A DNA stretch of 64,000 nucleotides, taken from positions 20,584,001-20,648,000 of the forward strand of contig OZ365110.1 in the NCBI GenBank assembly GCA_977030845.1, in the 5' to 3' direction. Positions 12,201 to 24,600 of the stretch are shown in pieces. The position numbers and the translations under genes are program-made. This DNA is from Fimbriosthenelais zetlandica (taxonomy: Eukaryota). The notes beneath the pieces were generated by a model, which had not been told where the DNA came from, searched no databases, and worked only from the letters and a program-made list of their open reading frames with translations. How positions within the stretch are numbered: the first letter of the stretch is position 1; the number at the start of each line of letters is the position of its first letter.

Positions 12201-13698
12201 AAAAGTGTAAAATATTTCTGAGGATGGTTGATGGAGAGTGGTGATGATTACCTTCTTCAAGTCTTTAGCCAATCCATGGAGCAAATTAATAAGCTTAAAA
12301 GCTATGACTATATCTAAACCTGATGTAGGTTCCTGGAAAAAATGGTTTCATATAATTAAAATTTAAAAGAAGGATTGTACCATGGATTAAATCTTTAGGC
12401 AAATAAGCAAATGTGCATTGCATGATGACAATTTTTTGTATCTCCTTTTAAAGCGAATCAACCAAATACAACTTACATCTAAGAGAATAATTTCAGGGTC
12501 TCTGAGAAGTTCACAAGCCAAGTTTGCCCGTTTCTTTTCCCCTCCTGATAACCCGGGTACGAAGTCTCCTCCAATTACTGAAATTTCCAGAACGGTGCAT
12601 CAATAGAACTCTTGGACGGAAGATATCAAATTTGGAATCTTAAAAATCAAATTCATGATACTTACATGTATCTAGACAGTGGGTCAATTCTAAATAGTCC
12701 ACAATCTCATACACCTTCTTCATTTTATCGTTTTCGCTTATTTCCTGTCGCATGAGCAGCCTCGCAGAAAACTAAAAACATTAAAAAATTACAATTATCT
12801 TAATATTTGTGTAATCTGAATCCACAATTTATATTAGATTAATATACAATTATTTGTTGTGTCTACATACTAGATCTCCATCTACACTTAAGTGATCCCT
12901 GTCCAACTAATATTGAGGCTATTAAAGATGAAAGATGAACTTACTATGAGCGTATTGCGTAGTGTTAGCTGCGGAAAGAGCATATTTTCCTGTACCACAT
13001 AGCTGATCATTCGTTTTATCTGTTTGTTTACTCGTTTATTGTTAACTGTAACCGATCCAACATACACAGGAATTCTACCAGAAAGGGTGTTCATAAAGGT
13101 AGTTTTTCCTGCTCCTGGAAAATTTAATATTGTCTTCTTTGCACAAATAATAAGTGGTGAAATTCAAGTCAAATTTATTGGCTCTTGTGATCTGAGTTCA
13201 TGTTAAAAAAATAGGATAATTTTCAACTAAAGTATTCTCTAACCACTAGGTCCAAGAATGACCAACATCTCTCCACTCTTGACAGAACCATTGATGCCCT
13301 TCAGGATAGGTGTGCTGCCAATGTTCACGCAAACATCCTTGAAGACCATGTCCATATTCTCCTGCTTCCCGGTGTCAACACTCCCCATCCTGGGATGAGA
13401 TAATAGTTTTATTATGTGATTTAAGTGATTATTAAGACAATTTCCTCGGAATATAATCATGAAAAACCGACGGCCACGCCGAGGGCAACCAGACTAAAGA
13501 AAACTAATGAAAATAAAAGGTCCATCAATTTTATCTGTATACATGTACAAAGATTGTCCCAAAACTACGTAAATCACGGAACTACATTCAAAAGACAGCT
13601 GTTTACATTATTTCCTTGTTTTAAAAATAAAATCCATGCCCACACACTCACCTTGTGGTCAGAATTAGATTGTCACTTTTCTCCATAAAGTTAGACAT
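9208..13698 (-). CDS. ABCG: ABCG-family (White-like) ABC half transporter, NBD-TMD topology, ~650-666 aa
   Basis: Hand-spliced exons on the minus strand: [13698-13652], 13389/13388-13244, 13114-12945, 12771-12666, 12577-12477, 12332-12171, 12052-11959, 11827-11767, 11623-11499, 11135-10945, 10681-10624, 10482-10265, 9965-9875, 9747-9630, 9520-9208. All introns are GT-AG and all phases are compatible. The 14 core exons sum to 1953 nt (650 aa plus stop) from the ATG at 13388. Motifs: Walker A GPSGAGKTT, Q-loop YVVQEN, signature LSGGEKKR, Walker B/D-loop IILLDEPTSGLD, H-loop [35 protein letters not shown]. The symbol is family level only; the exact start (13698, 13686 or 13388) is uncertain. Confidence 0.95.
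10103..10202. repeat. Two abutting inverted repeats (hairpins) inside the 299-nt ABCG intron 10264-9966
   Basis: Perfect 18-bp arms GTGAAGTTTGAAGTGCAC (10103-10120) and GTGCACTTCAAACTTCAC (10129-10146) with an 8-nt loop. Second stem: ACCAGACCT (10145-10153)/AGGTCTGGT (10194-10202) plus TTAAGA/TCTTAA. Confidence 0.85.
13652..13698 (-). CDS. Probable first coding exon of the ABCG gene ([16 protein letters not shown])
   Basis: Consensus donor AAG|GTGAGT at 13652/13651. Acceptor CCCAG|G lies 1 nt before the ATG at 13388. Splicing joins ATGs at 13698 and 13686 in frame, and there is an upstream in-frame TGA at 13743-13741. Confidence 0.6.
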
Positions 13699-14574
13699 TG
13701 GGATGGTAGTTGAGTTTTCCAATTCCAAACCCTTTCCGAATCAGTTTGGTACACCCAATACATGTCATTATTTCACTAAAGGTGAAAAGTTGTGACACGG
13801 GACACCCTCAGTTTGGTAGGTGGGTCATGAGGTGTTCGGAACACTGCAACAGTTTCATATAAACGATGTATAATATACAATAAGCATCTTATCAGACTAC
13901 AGTATTTTGTAGTTGTGACAACTCACCAAACCTATTGAGAAAGTAACCCAGATAAATAGAATTTGTATAAACAACTTATACACCCAAATAGTTCGATCAT
14001 TCGACATCCACCACGCATCCCATATACCCATTCAACCGGCAACTATACACCATTCAGCCTTCCATTTTGTAACAAAAGAATAACTTAATTCTCAATAGGG
14101 ATTCAACACCAACATACAATGGACCCAGTTAAGTCTTTCGAAGATTTAAAGTTGTCCCATATAATATTGTAGGCTACTTCATTGGAGAAACCTCCACTCA
14201 AGTGGAGACCAAATCTGAGACTCCCCTGTTTCAGCTAGTGCCGCCATCTTGAGACTAGAGAAAAAGTTCTGACAGAGAAGAATTTAGAGTATCATCAATA
14301 CAAGTAAAACTGGTCGCCATAAGCATTTAAGTCCGGGCCTGAAAGAGATAAACGGGTCTGGAATGTGATCTAGTCACACTGTTTGGGCCTCATATTAATA
14401 AGGAGAGCTCATTGACTTTGATCACTTGTGTTGGTGCTCTGAGTCGGACTAATTTTTACTGCTTATTGTGGCTTTACCACATAAATGACTTCCTACCAAA
14501 GTCTACCTAGGGGCGCAAGATCATTTTCTGCAGCCAGTGGTGAGAACAAATTAAATATAGGGTCACAAGATCGA

Positions 14575-14714
14575 GTCGACGAAATTGCCAAAATTAAGAC
14601 TGAGAACTGAAGAAAAGTCAGTCGCAAATGCCAAAAGTCTGTGAGAACCATATAAAAGTTTGTCGCAAGTGCCAAAATTTGTGAGGACCACATCAAAGTT
14701 AGTCGCAAGTGCCA
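14575..14714. repeat. Degenerate ~40-41-bp minisatellite, about 3.5 copies
   Basis: Units begin GTCGCAA(A/G)TGCCA at 14621, 14662 and 14702, with a more diverged unit at 14575. The internal GTGAG(A/G)ACCA...AAAGTT segment is shared. Confidence 0.8.
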
Positions 14715-15199
14715 CAATCCAACATAAATCCAAGTGGTGGATCAACCTACGTGCTATATTTCTCTGGTTCCCCACACGGTGGCCTGCAAAGCAGGTGCAT
14801 TAGCTGAACCAGACCATAGCCTACCAACCACAGATGGAAACTGATACTCTGAGTGTCCTCATCATCGGGCGATAGAATTACAAATTAGATACACAGAAAG
14901 ATTTTGCATGTGACAGCGATGGATGGATCAATATGAGGCCACATAATAATGACCAACACATGATGCCATGAAAAATGAAATATAGCAAGATACATGCAGC
15001 CAACTCAGTGAAAAATATTATGAATCTACTTCACCATCATGTTAAGTTTCAAGCTGCCCATCCTCTGATAATTTGTTAACTGTTGGAAATCATGAAAATA
15101 GTTTAAATGTAAGTTGCTATTCCGAAATCATTTCAATGCATTTGAAAGTTAAACACTGTGGTAAGTGTTTCGGTCTACGTTATATTTCCCATCGACTCA

Positions 15200-15228
15200 G
15201 GGGATTCCCGAGGACGAGGGAAATTCCC
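15200..15228. promoter_or_regulatory. Pair of NF-kB/Rel consensus sites ~1.5 kb upstream of ABCG
   Basis: GGGGATTCCC (15200-15209) and GGGAAATTCCC (15218-15228) both match GGGRNWYYCC. Motif match only. Confidence 0.4.
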
Positions 15229-18200
15229 ATTGGTCATCAGAACTAAAATGGAGAACATGTCTTTCTCCCTCTTTCTGTCCGATGCATGCCCCTCATCTAT
15301 ACTCTGTTGGCTTTGTGTTTTTCTTTGGCTCTTCCTCTACTATAGCTTCAGTTTTGCCTTTCCCTAAAACACCTCTTCTCCCAATTTACCGTACAACATA
15401 ACCGAGAAAATCACAAAAGCTTCCAATCAAAATCCAATGAATATGGCACCTTTTTATTTGGAGACCCACACTAAACCTCTCTGTATATTCTCATATCCTT
15501 CATACAAAAACCATATGCAATTTTGGCACATATAAACCACATGGCACAAGAATGGACTAAACTAATCAATGGAGAGAATGTATGCATGCAGCATTCCCTC
15601 GTGGGAATCGCGAAATTGGGGTTGGAATTTCCTATTTAAATCGAGTGGAATCTGCCTGGGGATTTGCTCTGCTTTTTATTCCGATATAACCTCTGGATTA
15701 GGATTCAGCTCGCTGAATCTGTGTGTAAAAAGGCGGCGAGTAAAGTAATTTGAACATACTCTATACCGGCAGCGGGCCAGGTTCATTCAGGTCACACGCT
15801 GAGTCTAATGACAAAATAACGACCTACACAGCACAGTTTAGCACAAATTCTTTAAAGGGATTCATTGAACGGTCGGGGGCTGCGCGTGGGTTGAAAGGAA
15901 AGTCTTGATTCTTTCAACCGCCGTTTTCCTGGATCAATTTCCAGTTTGAGTATACTACTTACAGCCTGGTCGTAGCACAAATACACTTGTTAAATATTCC
16001 CGAGAAGACACTAATATACATTAGAGGCATGTAAGGATTTTTACTCTTACAATTACAATTAGAATATATATCACTATTGGGGTTCACGGTAAAATTAATG
16101 GGATATACAACATTACTGACTTGATGGACACCTTTACTAAGTTCTCAAGCACCTGTAACTAAATCAATATTGATTGGCCTATAGGAAAAGAACTATGCCC
16201 AATTTTACGTTCCTGACAATTTCATTTTCGTTCGGGAGAACCAATGAATAAATTTTGCAATTACTATGATAAATGACTAATTTATTGCTGTAAATATGTT
16301 GTGAAAGACATTGGTGAAGAGATTATCAGGACGGCTTCGATGTGTGAGCGATCATAAATACAATCAGAGCAATCTACCTGCTCCACGAGGAAGAGTCAGC
16401 ACTTTTTATAGACAAGATAATCAATCTAAACCATCTCCCTCCACCTATCACAGGAAGAGTAATTTCTGAAAGCAAACTACCCTGCAGTTTAACTTTGTTT
16501 GTATTTTGGTTTTCGTACCGTTATGGATGTACAGGATGAATCTGAGATTTTGCCCTCATTAACTTTCTATCGGAGTGCCATGGATTTTAAGGGTGGGCCC
16601 TAAAAGAATGATATCAATACCGTTCCCATGAAGTAAGAGGATAACAATCAATGAGCTATTACTTCCTGTTGGTGGCTTATATTTTATACAGACCACCTAT
16701 GCTTTATCACTCCACCACTGGCTATAAACATTGGTATGTTTGCTGCGGGAGCAAGAATTATATTTCTTCTGAGGTTTCCTTGTCAGTTCTTTGGAATGAT
16801 AGATTCCTGTGAGCCACGTCGCTCACAAACAACGCTTTAGATTGACCAGAAGTTGAATATTTCAGACCACATGGAGCGATTTATTTGCATAGAAACTGTA
16901 GTTGAGGAGGAAAGTGTGGTATAATTGATCAGTACATTTCGGGTGGCAAATCACTGATAAAAATGAGATAATTAAGCCCTGACTGCATTATAGTCAGGGA
17001 CATTTATTATATTTTAGATAATCTCATTAATCTGCATAGTATGCATAAAGAAAAGGAACTTACATAACTTCCACAAAAGAGCTAGAAGAGGACAGATCAG
17101 TATAAAAATATCTTTAATCTTTAAAATTGACTTTCTAAATGGCTAGACTCCAACAAAGCAAGTCCATTTAAAAGGAACACATGCTTAAATAAGTAACAGT
17201 CACTGACACATAGCAGAAAAGACAGTTTTTACAGTGTTTCGCTGCTGGATGAATTGCTGCTGGCTGATGCCCTTAACAGGTGCAGCAAACACTACACATA
17301 CCGTTAGTTGCATTGACTTTGTAATATATTCTCTTTAATAAAAATCGATACAAACCCAATACTTCCATCAGTAGGTGACCATGACTGTGACCTTGTCGAG
17401 CATGTTTCCCTGATCTCTCAGTCTTAGTCCCCGGTCCTCTTGATCTTTCTGACCCCTCACAAGAATTCTGCCCCTTGGTCCAACCCCATACCTCCCCCTC
17501 CTGCCACGCCCCTCCTCCACTCACCATCCCTTTTTCATTCCTACCACACCCTCCCTTCATCTCCTACCCCCTCCAGACCCACCCCAACCTCCCCCTTTCA
17601 TCGAGCCAAAGCTAAGACAGTGGAGGGAGGAAAGAAAAAGGGAGAGAAAGACAGAACTAATTAAAGTCATTTGTCTTGGTGAGTGCACTTTTGAAATGGC
17701 CTAATCTACCAAATTGGCATGCTCCTTCTCCGGCCGATCACACTTGTTCCTCTGTCTCTCCTTCTTTCTCTCCCTCTCCTCTATTTCTCCCTCTCTTGGA
17801 GGGAGGTGATGCACGATCCTCAACATCTCTAAAGCAACGGAGGCAAAGTGGTCGCCAACACCAAGTGACGCGACGGAGCGTCCCCATCCTACCAGAAACT
17901 GAAAAGCGATGAGTCCATTTCGCCATAATGCATACCTGATGGCGACCCTAGCCCTTAACAGATGATGATACGCTGATATTGACCTTTACTCGTTCTGTGA
18001 ATTGTGGCTTCCTAGACACAATTCATATGAATTTGTCGCCCGGCGTTTCAACATTACCCGCCCGATGCCCATGAGAGTTGTGGGGCGCCCTTCCCCAGCC
18101 CCTTTGCCTTGTACATTATTTAGCGTTTGCGTTCGCTATAAATAATGGACGTCCTCATTAAGAGTGAACAAGGATTACTCATTGGCTTCATTAAGCTGTG

Positions 18201-19495
18201 GCGTTGACAGGGCCTTGTCAGAGACTGCTATAAGCAATGGCTAGCCTCCGTGGCTGCCGAGGAGGAGGCGGGCAAAGTGGGCACTGGTAGAGATGGTTGG
18301 TGGGCTGAACTATAGAGAGAGAGGTAGAGGTGGGAGAGAGAAGGGACGCTGGAGGTGAGAATGAGGGGGAAAGATGAGGGCAGTTAGGGCTAGTTTGTGT
18401 CAAGAACTCGTCCTTTACCTCTGACACCAAAACATTTTTAACTGATGCTCTACAGAGAGGCAATTGGTCTATATTAATTTATGTGACATACTAGCGGTTG
18501 TTCAGAAATACTTATGATTGTGTTAAAGACGACATTAGCATTTATCGTAAATATTTCTCTGAAATGCAGCGAGAAATATTTTTGGATTAAATTCTAAAGG
18601 TTAATTTGATTATTATGTTTTTGTCTCTTTCTTCACTAGCATTATATTAAATTTACAGTCTCAATTATATCTTCTTTAGAAAATTATAATTACGTGGGAT
18701 TGGGGGTGGGGCGCAGATCTATGAGAAACTGAAATTCTACTAGGACGCCATTCATGGGTCCATAAAAAACAACGCAACTACCCATGTTCTGAAGCGGCCT
18801 AGCATCCAATATATCTTCTCCTTTGTTTTCAGTGTGATATATTAAGCTGGATCAAGTGGCCAGATCGGGGAATCCTCACAAAGACGGTTCCCAACAAATG
18901 AGTGGTCTAGAACACAAAGCTGCAGACCTTTGACTCGTGATATGCATCAAATACTTTTTCAGCAGAGGAATATAGCAGGACTAATTACCTATATATGTAA
19001 AATAAAATGCTGCTATGTATAATAAGGCCTATGTATAACATTATTGTAACCTGATTTCGCCAATAATCATGCATTTGAAACTGCATCAGGTCATCAATCT
19101 CCACAATAATATAGGTTAAAAAGACCAGCAAGTAAATCGATCTCTAAAAGAAAATCGATTTCTACTCCTAGTCTCTATTATAAATAACGCCCATAGACAG
19201 ACTTCGTAAGAAGCAAAATCAGAAACTTCTTTGGACCTTCATGAAGGGCAAATCTAAGGGATCGCACATAATATACGGATTGACAATATTGTTTCTGAAT
19301 TGACAATGTATGTATGAAGTATACAATTCCCACCTGTTCATGTCGGATTTCGCTGCTGGCCAGGATTCTAATTTAAGGGTTCGAAGGCATAGTACAACTA
19401 ATGAGAACAGTATGATTATTCTATGGCTACTGCTTTTCCGAATAAACAAGACACACAGAGAAAACATAGGGGGTAGGGCCCGAATCGTTTGCTAG

Positions 19496-19650
19496 CTTCC
19501 GGTTATTGATGCTCCTCGGGAGTTTTCGTCATCAGCGGGCGGAAGTGACCGCTCTTGCTCTGACCTTTCTTACTTCCGGTCGCTTAGTCTAGTCTGAAGG
19601 CAGACATTTCACGGCAGGAAAAAAACTCTTGTTGGGGACGCCAAGATGGG
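19496..19650. promoter_or_regulatory. Housekeeping-type promoter-like element (3 ETS/GABP sites plus a YY1-like site)
   Basis: CTTCCGG (19496-19502), CGGAAGTG (19540-19547), ACTTCCGG (19572-19579), CCAAGATGG (~19641), locally CpG-rich. No identifiable CDS is attached. Confidence 0.4.
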
Positions 19651-21617
19651 TGCATCACATAGGAAGCTGGCACCGTTGGCATTTCGTCCTATGTACAAGG
19701 TTGGCTGGTTTATTTGACAAAGAAATATGCGCCAATCCTCAAAAAAAGAATACGTTGTGGGATTAAAGCCAAAGAAAAGTGGCCCCTCTCCCAATCCAGC
19801 GATAAGATTGATTTCAAGTATATTAAAACTGACAAGGATTCTCTGTCATCATTTTGACTGTATTGAAATGTTTAAGTTAATTGATACAATTAGAGAATTT
19901 ATATTTATGTAGAAGCCATGGCTTCACCTATATTTCTGTTTAAAAAGACAAAGTTCATTATAGAGCTATGGGCTGGTTGGTACCAGAGCGATCCAAGTAA
20001 TACTATCCATCAAGCGCCCACTGCCTTCTCATAAAGAATGTATCAATGCTCATGAATCAAATTATGACTGTGATTGCTCACCAAGAGCAAAACAATAGAT
20101 TCACTTGATTCATACATGTCCTCATAGAACAAATTCCCAGCTCTAATGAATATAAATTCACTTCATATAGGTAGCGGGAAATGCATCCATTACAAGCCAT
20201 TCATTTGCCTTCAATTAATGCTACGGAGAAGAAAGGGTTATTCATAGTTCCCAAGGAATCAATTAATTGCAAAGGCTTGTAAAATTTCCAAATGAGTGGC
20301 CATCTAAAAACTGGGTCACCTTTGAAATAATTAACAAGGCAATTAAGCATTTTAGATTTGGAGGAACAGAGGGGTTTGATCGTCCCTTTGGAACAGGCTG
20401 GGCGATCCATTGATCCGATCATCAGTGATCTGTAACACGAATGGGTGCAGACATGCAGCTGCCATCGCGACAGAACCAGAGGACCGGCAAGACAGGAGTA
20501 CATTTAAGGTTTGTAATATATAGGTCCTCTGGCAGGCAGCAGTTATTTATCTATCCCCTTTAAGGTGTGTGGTCTTTTCGTGTGTCAAATTGTCCTCGTT
20601 ATAAGGACTTGTCATAAGGTTACAATCTATAGCTAAATAGTATCAATATCTCATAACGGTATAGTCCCTCCTTACGTATAAGAAAACATTTATAAGCTTG
20701 TTTATACGAAAAAATTAAGAGGTACTGAAACTTTTTCGGCTATTAAAAGAGTGTTAAATTTAAGTATTCCTGCAGATATTGATACGGTAAAAGGCGAAGG
20801 TTGTTTAATAATGAAACTGAAAAAAACGTGAGCTGTTTGTTTTTAGGCAGCTGTTATGAATTTGGTAGGCGCCCCTAAAATGACAGATGAGCAGAGCATG
20901 CAACTAAAGGAGAGAGTGTTTTTGTGCGTGAGTGTGTTGGAGTCGCAGGCAATGGTAGGGACAGGGGATCTGGATGGTTTTATGAACCTTAAGCATTATC
21001 ATGCTCAGGAGGAGTGGATTTAGGTGTCCAACACGACCTGGGCCTGTCGGAGCTCGTGTTAACAGATGGGCAGTAGGGCAAAACTGTATCACCAATGAGT
21101 CGGTCCCATGGGTGGGTTTGCTGGCAGCTTTTGTCGCAAGCAAACCCCTGGGATTATTATTTATTAGTTCTGCAATGGAAAATAGAGCAAATTTTAAACA
21201 CAAACCAGCACAATATATCCTCTTTCATCATCGTTTTCATCTGGAGTTATCTTTTATGTATGACATAATATTATGGAGACATTTCCCATCGTTTACCCTA
21301 CTTTGTCATACTCTTTTTCCCTCAGAGGTTTTATCTTAAGTTTCAAAACACTTAAAAAGCCTTAGCTTGTTACTTGGGTAACCACTATACAAATTGAAAC
21401 ATGAGGGACATAGCAGAACTTCTCTGAAACATTTAATACCATAATAGCTCCGAGTAGAATGCTTCACTAAGCACTTGTCTATAGGTACCATTATTCACAC
21501 AGGTGGACTTCAATCTAACAGGAGGCGTCATGTACAATGGTTCCACCTGATACATGACAATCCAAAAACCCCTTTGAAGTCTCCACTTCACTTAAAAAAC
21601 TTTTATATTGTTTGTAG

Positions 21618-21629
21618 GGCTTCCCCATG
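21618..21629 (+). other. Candidate 12-nt microexon
   Basis: TTTTATATTGTTTGTAG|GGCTTCCCCATG|GTAAGT; length 3n, open in all three frames. Confidence 0.2.
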
Positions 21630-24600
21630 GTAAGTGAACATTGTCAAAGAATGTTGTGGACTGGCATTTTTCTTGGCTGCTTCCCCGTCGCGGGGAAAGC
21701 CCTTCCCTGGTAGGGATGCAGGTTCTTTGGGCCATTAGGATGTTTTGTGCTAGCAGTATCTGTGGGAGAATGGGTTCACCTGCTGGTACTAGGGAAGGCA
21801 GATAAATTATGGGGAGGCTACGAGCCAGAGCCTTTGTTATAGAGGCGTGTGAGAATGACAGGTGGAGGCTTGAGCTTTACGACGGAGATTTCTAGGTTAG
21901 TCGGTCGGTCCCCCTCCATGCACCCTTTCTCTATCACTTTTATAGAAATCGCCCATCACAGCAATGAGTCAATCTGCTGCCTCAAAGCATTATATATTAT
22001 CAGTTCCTGTTTTATGAAGCTAATAGCCTAGATGTGTTTATTCGATCTCTCGACCCTTTTGGAAGGGTGAGACTGCCTGGCTCGGGACCTATAGGAGTCT
22101 TATATTAGCACTGGGTGAGTCATGGACTTTAAAAGCACTTTGTCACATGGCGCATGAATACAGAACTAGGCAGTCGTGATTTGCCTTTGTCATGGCATCT
22201 CAAGATGGTCCTTGAGTGCGCTGAGTGGTAGGGTGCATGTTGAAAATATAAAAAATAACACTGGCTGATAAATGTCTTTGGATTAAAATGAAGCGTAATT
22301 ATCAGTGATTTAAACAAGGGAAGCCTGGAAATGGATACTAGAAAATAAAGAGTCCTTGGAATAACATTGATAAGAAATGTGAAGGGTTCAAATCTAGATG
22401 TTTGTTTTTATTCCAGTCCTATTCACCATGAGGATTTTCAAAGAAAAATACAAAGAATAGTTGTTGAAAGACCATTGCATGAGGTGATGGAAGTCACACT
22501 CACGTGTCTGTCTTGATTAATGATGATTATATTGTAATTGTTATGATATTTCAAAACCTCTTAATCTAACTCGGGACAAGTCAAGCTAAATTGACATTGG
22601 AAGTTCTGCTACCAATGAAAATTGTCTGTTTGCTGAACAGAATAATAACCATAATGTGCTGAATGATTTCACATGTTCTCCCTGCAAAATTCAGGGCAAC
22701 CCAACAGAAAAACGGAGTGATAAAATCCCTTTGATTTCTATTGGTCTCAGAGCACACTCGGTAGAATTTCATGAAATCGACACCAGCCGATCCGAAGATT
22801 CGCGAATTGAGTCCGAGTTTCTTGCATGAATCAGGCAGTATTGCGTGGTCCTGCCCCTGACCTGGATTGGTATCCTGACCTGATTATTGACCCAGATTTT
22901 TATATATTGGCCAGGGATCCTCCTGGCTGGATTATCTCTTGGTGTTTGTCAAGATGGGCGATCTGTCAGCCTCTCCAAAGGTTTCTTTGATCGATACCAA
23001 AGCCTTCAGTCAATATCTCCAGAGGCAGGAGTGTTAAGGCATGAGAGTGTCAGTCTGAGATAAATTTAGAGCATGGAAACAGGACATGACACATGGATAT
23101 CTAGCAGATGGAAAGGAAAAAGACGTCCTAGAAAAGGGACTTCATTTCCTACAGGTTGTCTCGTCCAGTGGTCCAACGTTCATCAGTGTCAATAATTGTC
23201 TCATATTAAAACAGTATTTTATAATAACGGGCTTTGACCTTTATTCCAATATTATAGTGCCAATTTTGACCTAATAAACCCCATTTTCAGCTTATTTTAG
23301 TCGAATTTAATTGTTCTGAAAGAGCACAAAGCAACATGGGGAGAATCTGGTTTCATTCTATGTATCAAAGAGGCATTATTTTCGTACGAAAGTTTAATGG
23401 TGTGAAGGGGGTAGTAATGTTGACCCAAAGAAGAATGGCTGGGTGAGTCTGGTGTGCCTGTTGGTCGAGATAATAACAGGAGAGTGCACAGGGTAATCCA
23501 CAAGCTGGACGAGGCAAGGCTCCATGTTGACTGACAGGCATCAGGCTGCATAGCGCCCCCTCTCCATCAGCACTGTGCATGTGCAACAGGCAGCTGCATG
23601 TACCAGCTTCAGGCAAGAGGTGGAGCCACCGGCGTGTGCTTTACTTGCCTGAGAATGTCTGGAGAGGCTTTAAAAGACTTCAACTAGCTGGGAATTAGTG
23701 TATAATAGCATAGAGTTTACTTCAGGGTCATTTGAAAGCTCTGGAACCATGCCAAATTAGACAGGGCAATGTTTATTAAACATACTTTAATATAGGTCTA
23801 GATAGGTAAAATAGGATGACCCATTTCTTGACCATTTTCCAGTCCATTCTGGTTAATATGACATTAGCTATCCTTCCATAATTATGCAGTGATGCTTATT
23901 CTTACAGATCAATGTCCTTTTATCCATTGGTAATCAGCACAGAGCATTTTCATTGTTGAATTGTATTAGGCACTGTGATTAATTCATTCTTTCTGAATGT
24001 TATTCATAGAGATAATAGTCAACAATACAAGTACCAATAGATATTGTCAATGGTGGGCCAAAAACCAATTTCCTGTTATCTTTCATACTAGCCTGGATAT
24101 CAGAGATGGTTAGCCAGAACCGCCCAGGGGCTGCTTGTATAGTTTGTTTCCCCATTGTTTTCCATCACTGCTTTGTTATCTTAACATATCAACTATCACC
24201 CAATTGCAAATGGTGCTGATAAAAACGTTAGTATTGAAAACAATCACCTTACAGCATACTCATTCCATAGAGTATAGTTTTGAATTAAAAAGTTTTAACT
24301 AAGAATTGATTTCCAATTGATTTCCCAATTGCGTAGGAGGAATGAAAATAATTGTATTAAATAGTCGTATATTAGAAAGTTTAAAAAAAATCTCTTTTCT
24401 CAAACATTCTTTTAATCATTTGTCATATTATATCCCCCCCTTCCCTTTGAAATTCACTTGAAATTGAAAAATGTCTCTTTGTAAAGAAAAGCATTCAAAT
24501 TTTTGCTTTCGCTATTCATGTATGGTGTGATAGGTGCAATCGGGAGGCCAAACAAAGGAAGCAGTGGAATAGGAGCAGCCGGATAATACATGGATGTGGT

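Noticed and set aside
14575-14714. Repeat array as a possible CRISPR
   Set aside because: Eukaryotic context, whole units are similar with no unique spacers, and there are no cas genes.
16302-16323. TGAAAGACATTGGTGAAGAGAT, 18/22 identical to mature miR-71 as I recall it
   Set aside because: No complementary arm upstream or downstream, so no pre-miRNA hairpin. At most it is a target site on a hypothetical minus-strand RNA.
19647-19700. SHRKLAP..LAFRP resembling the RPL3 N-terminus
   Set aside because: Requires gaps, nucleotide similarity is poor, and no further RPL3 exons follow.
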